Positions 62,444 to 64,000 of a stretch of 64,000 bases of DNA are shown here, one piece after another (position 1 is the stretch's first letter; each line of letters opens with the position of its first letter). Source of the stretch: Laetmonice hystrix (lineage: Eukaryota); contig OZ249445.1 of NCBI GenBank assembly GCA_965235115.1, positions 11,160,001 to 11,224,000 on the forward strand, read 5' to 3'. The position numbers and the translations under genes are program-made. A model generated the notes under the pieces. That model worked only from the letters and a program-made list of their open reading frames with translations, did no database searches and was not told where the DNA came from.

Positions 62444-62523
62444 GTGGAAAGGTGCACTTGTTGGTTGTTAGACTCCACGGTGGGATAGGAGCAAAAAGCT
62501 CCTCCTGCCCACGGCGATCTCGA
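62444..62523 (+). CDS. Candidate exon, open only in phase 1, GKVHLLVVRLHGGIGAKSSSCPRRSR
   Basis: Acceptor tgtttgttttcag and donor CGA|gtaagt, followed by a well-formed 94-nt intron (62524-62617). Confidence 0.3.
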
Positions 62524-62740
62524 GTAAGTTGTGATCATCCCTATCCATCCAGGCGCCCCAACCCCACACCCGTTTTTACCGCCATCTTTTCTGGTTCACA
62601 TTAACTGTTTCTCTCAGTCTGAATCGCTGAGCCACACAGGTGCATGATGTAAGCATAAGAGTATCGAAGTGGACTTTTGTTTCAAACACGGGGATAGGGT
62701 GCTAGTTAATGAGGGCATAATGCCACACAGAAATCTCTCA

Positions 62741-63048
62741 CCCCCCCCCCCCAATTCACTCCCGTGTGGGTCTGTTCACGTCCCCCCCCAATTCACTCCA
62801 GTGTGGGTCTGTTCACGTCCCCCCCCCACATTCACTCCCGTGTGGGTCTGTTCACGTCCCCCCCCCAATTCACTCCAGTGTGGGTCTGTTCACGCCCCCC
62901 CCCCACATTCACTACCGTGTGGGTCTGTTCACGTCCCCCCCATTCACTCCCGTGTGGGTCTGTTCACGCCCCCCCCCACATTTACTCCCGTGTGGGTCTG
63001 TTCACGTCCCCCCCCCCCCCCCCATTCACTCCCGTGTGGGTCTGTTCA
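62741..63048. repeat. Minisatellite, 8 copies of a 35-44-bp unit (Cn-(A/CA)TTCACTCCCGTGTGGGTCTGTTCACG(T))
   Basis: The core GTGTGGGTCTGTTCA starts at 62764, 62801, 62840, 62878, 62917, 62952, 62990 and 63034. Period variation comes from poly-C length. Confidence 0.97.
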
Positions 63049-63586
63049 GCAGCAGGTATGGACTGCTTGATTTAAACAGTATTATCGGTATAATGGCTTC
63101 TAAAACAATGTCACCCTGGGGTAGTGAAATTCATTCACATCAGTATTGTGTTCCAAATGAACCATTAGTTTCCAGTTAATGTGATAAGAGCAACTATGAA
63201 TATATAGCATTTAATATGTAATTGCCTCCTCGAAGCAGAATAATGACATTTATTATGATTCAATTCCGCAGATATTAACTTTTGAATTGCCTCCGTAAAG
63301 TCTAATATCGCTTTTGTCATTTATTAATGGTTGTCTTGGTGAAGGCAATATTAACAATCAACTCAGTAAGATGAACAACCGACCTGCTTTTGTCATTTTA
63401 TTGACGTTGGGTGTTGTGGAAAGCATATTGACATGCCATTAGATTCATAAGGTATCCTGTACATCTCTTATATGTTGACAGTCCTGTTAATGAAAGTAAC
63501 AAGTTGTCAATGTACCAGGGGTATAGCTACAGCCAAAGTTTATTAGTGATAAGTATACATGTAATAGTAGTCTGATTCAAGATATG

Positions 63587-63815
63587 AAACCCCAATTCAA
63601 CATTATTTACCTTAATCCCCACTTACCGGGTACCTGTCCTATTCCCGAAGTCTGAGAAGGTACGACATTGGTCGGGGGTAACAACCGATAACAGAACAGC
63701 CCTATCAAAACCAGGTCGTGTATCTGTCACATGCTGAGCTGAGAAATTGTATACGCTAGGGCATAGTACAGGTAAGTGGGGGGATTAAGGTATATTTTGT
63801 AATATCGTGGGGTTT
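63587..63815. mobile_element. MITE-like element with degenerate terminal inverted repeats
   Basis: taccttaatccccacttacc (63608-63627) versus ggtaagtggggggattaaggta (63771-63792, two extra G). The outer aaacccca/tggggttt also pair. The interior of about 140 bp is non-coding. Confidence 0.6.
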
Positions 63816-64000
63816 ATTACTTTGATTGTGTGTTGGTATCTATTCAATTAAAAAAATATTGTTGGACGTCAAAAGTTGATAAAGTATCAGATTATAGATG
63901 TTTTTCTCCGGACGTGGGATATGAAATGCAAGGCAACCAATTAATAAATTGAACTCGCATGATTCCTAACAGGTCTAATGATATGCGATGTATTAACTAA

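Noticed and set aside
62741-63048. CRISPR-like appearance of the tandem array
   Set aside because: The spacers are only poly-C plus a near-constant linker, there are no unique spacers or cas genes, and the context is eukaryotic.
62669-63179. Three repetitive ORFs (PPPxSLPCGSV, TPVWVCSRPP)
   Set aside because: They are artefacts of the minisatellite, whose unit has few stops and shifts frame with the poly-C length.
1-64000. Most entries in the ORF track (60-152 aa)
   Set aside because: They are short, overlap on both strands, often use non-ATG starts and show no recognisable domains. This is what intronic DNA produces by chance.

Overview
This looks like gene-poor animal genomic DNA, probably from an invertebrate bilaterian. 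The basis is roughly 40% GC by eye, CpG not obviously depleted, spliceosomal GT-AG signals, CTCF-type motifs and frequent long poly-G/C runs. No ORF exceeds about 150 aa, none matches a protein family I recognise, and I see no prokaryotic system, CRISPR array, rRNA, tRNA or intact transposase. The window reads as intron or regulatory landscape with scattered small exons, so I assign no gene symbols. Best-supported coding signals: (1) an ATG-initiated AT-hook exon at 18164-18263 (+) with an optimal donor; (2) an ATG-initiated exon at 52652-52721 (+); (3) a coding-like exon on the minus strand at about 52107-52274, head-to-head with it; (4) weaker candidate 3'-terminal exons of an upstream + gene in the first 4 kb. 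Unambiguous repeats: an 8-copy ~38-bp minisatellite, a (TC)n and a (GT)n microsatellite, a near-perfect 83-bp inverted repeat and a ~230-bp MITE-like element. Most interesting hypotheses: two AG|GT recursive-splice sites, each with a 42-44-nt cryptic exon (13088, 26112); a set of phase-1 alternative first exons, one carrying an AT-hook; and a pre-miRNA-like hairpin at 57617-57671. All exon models are inferred from motifs by eye and need RNA-seq or homology tests.
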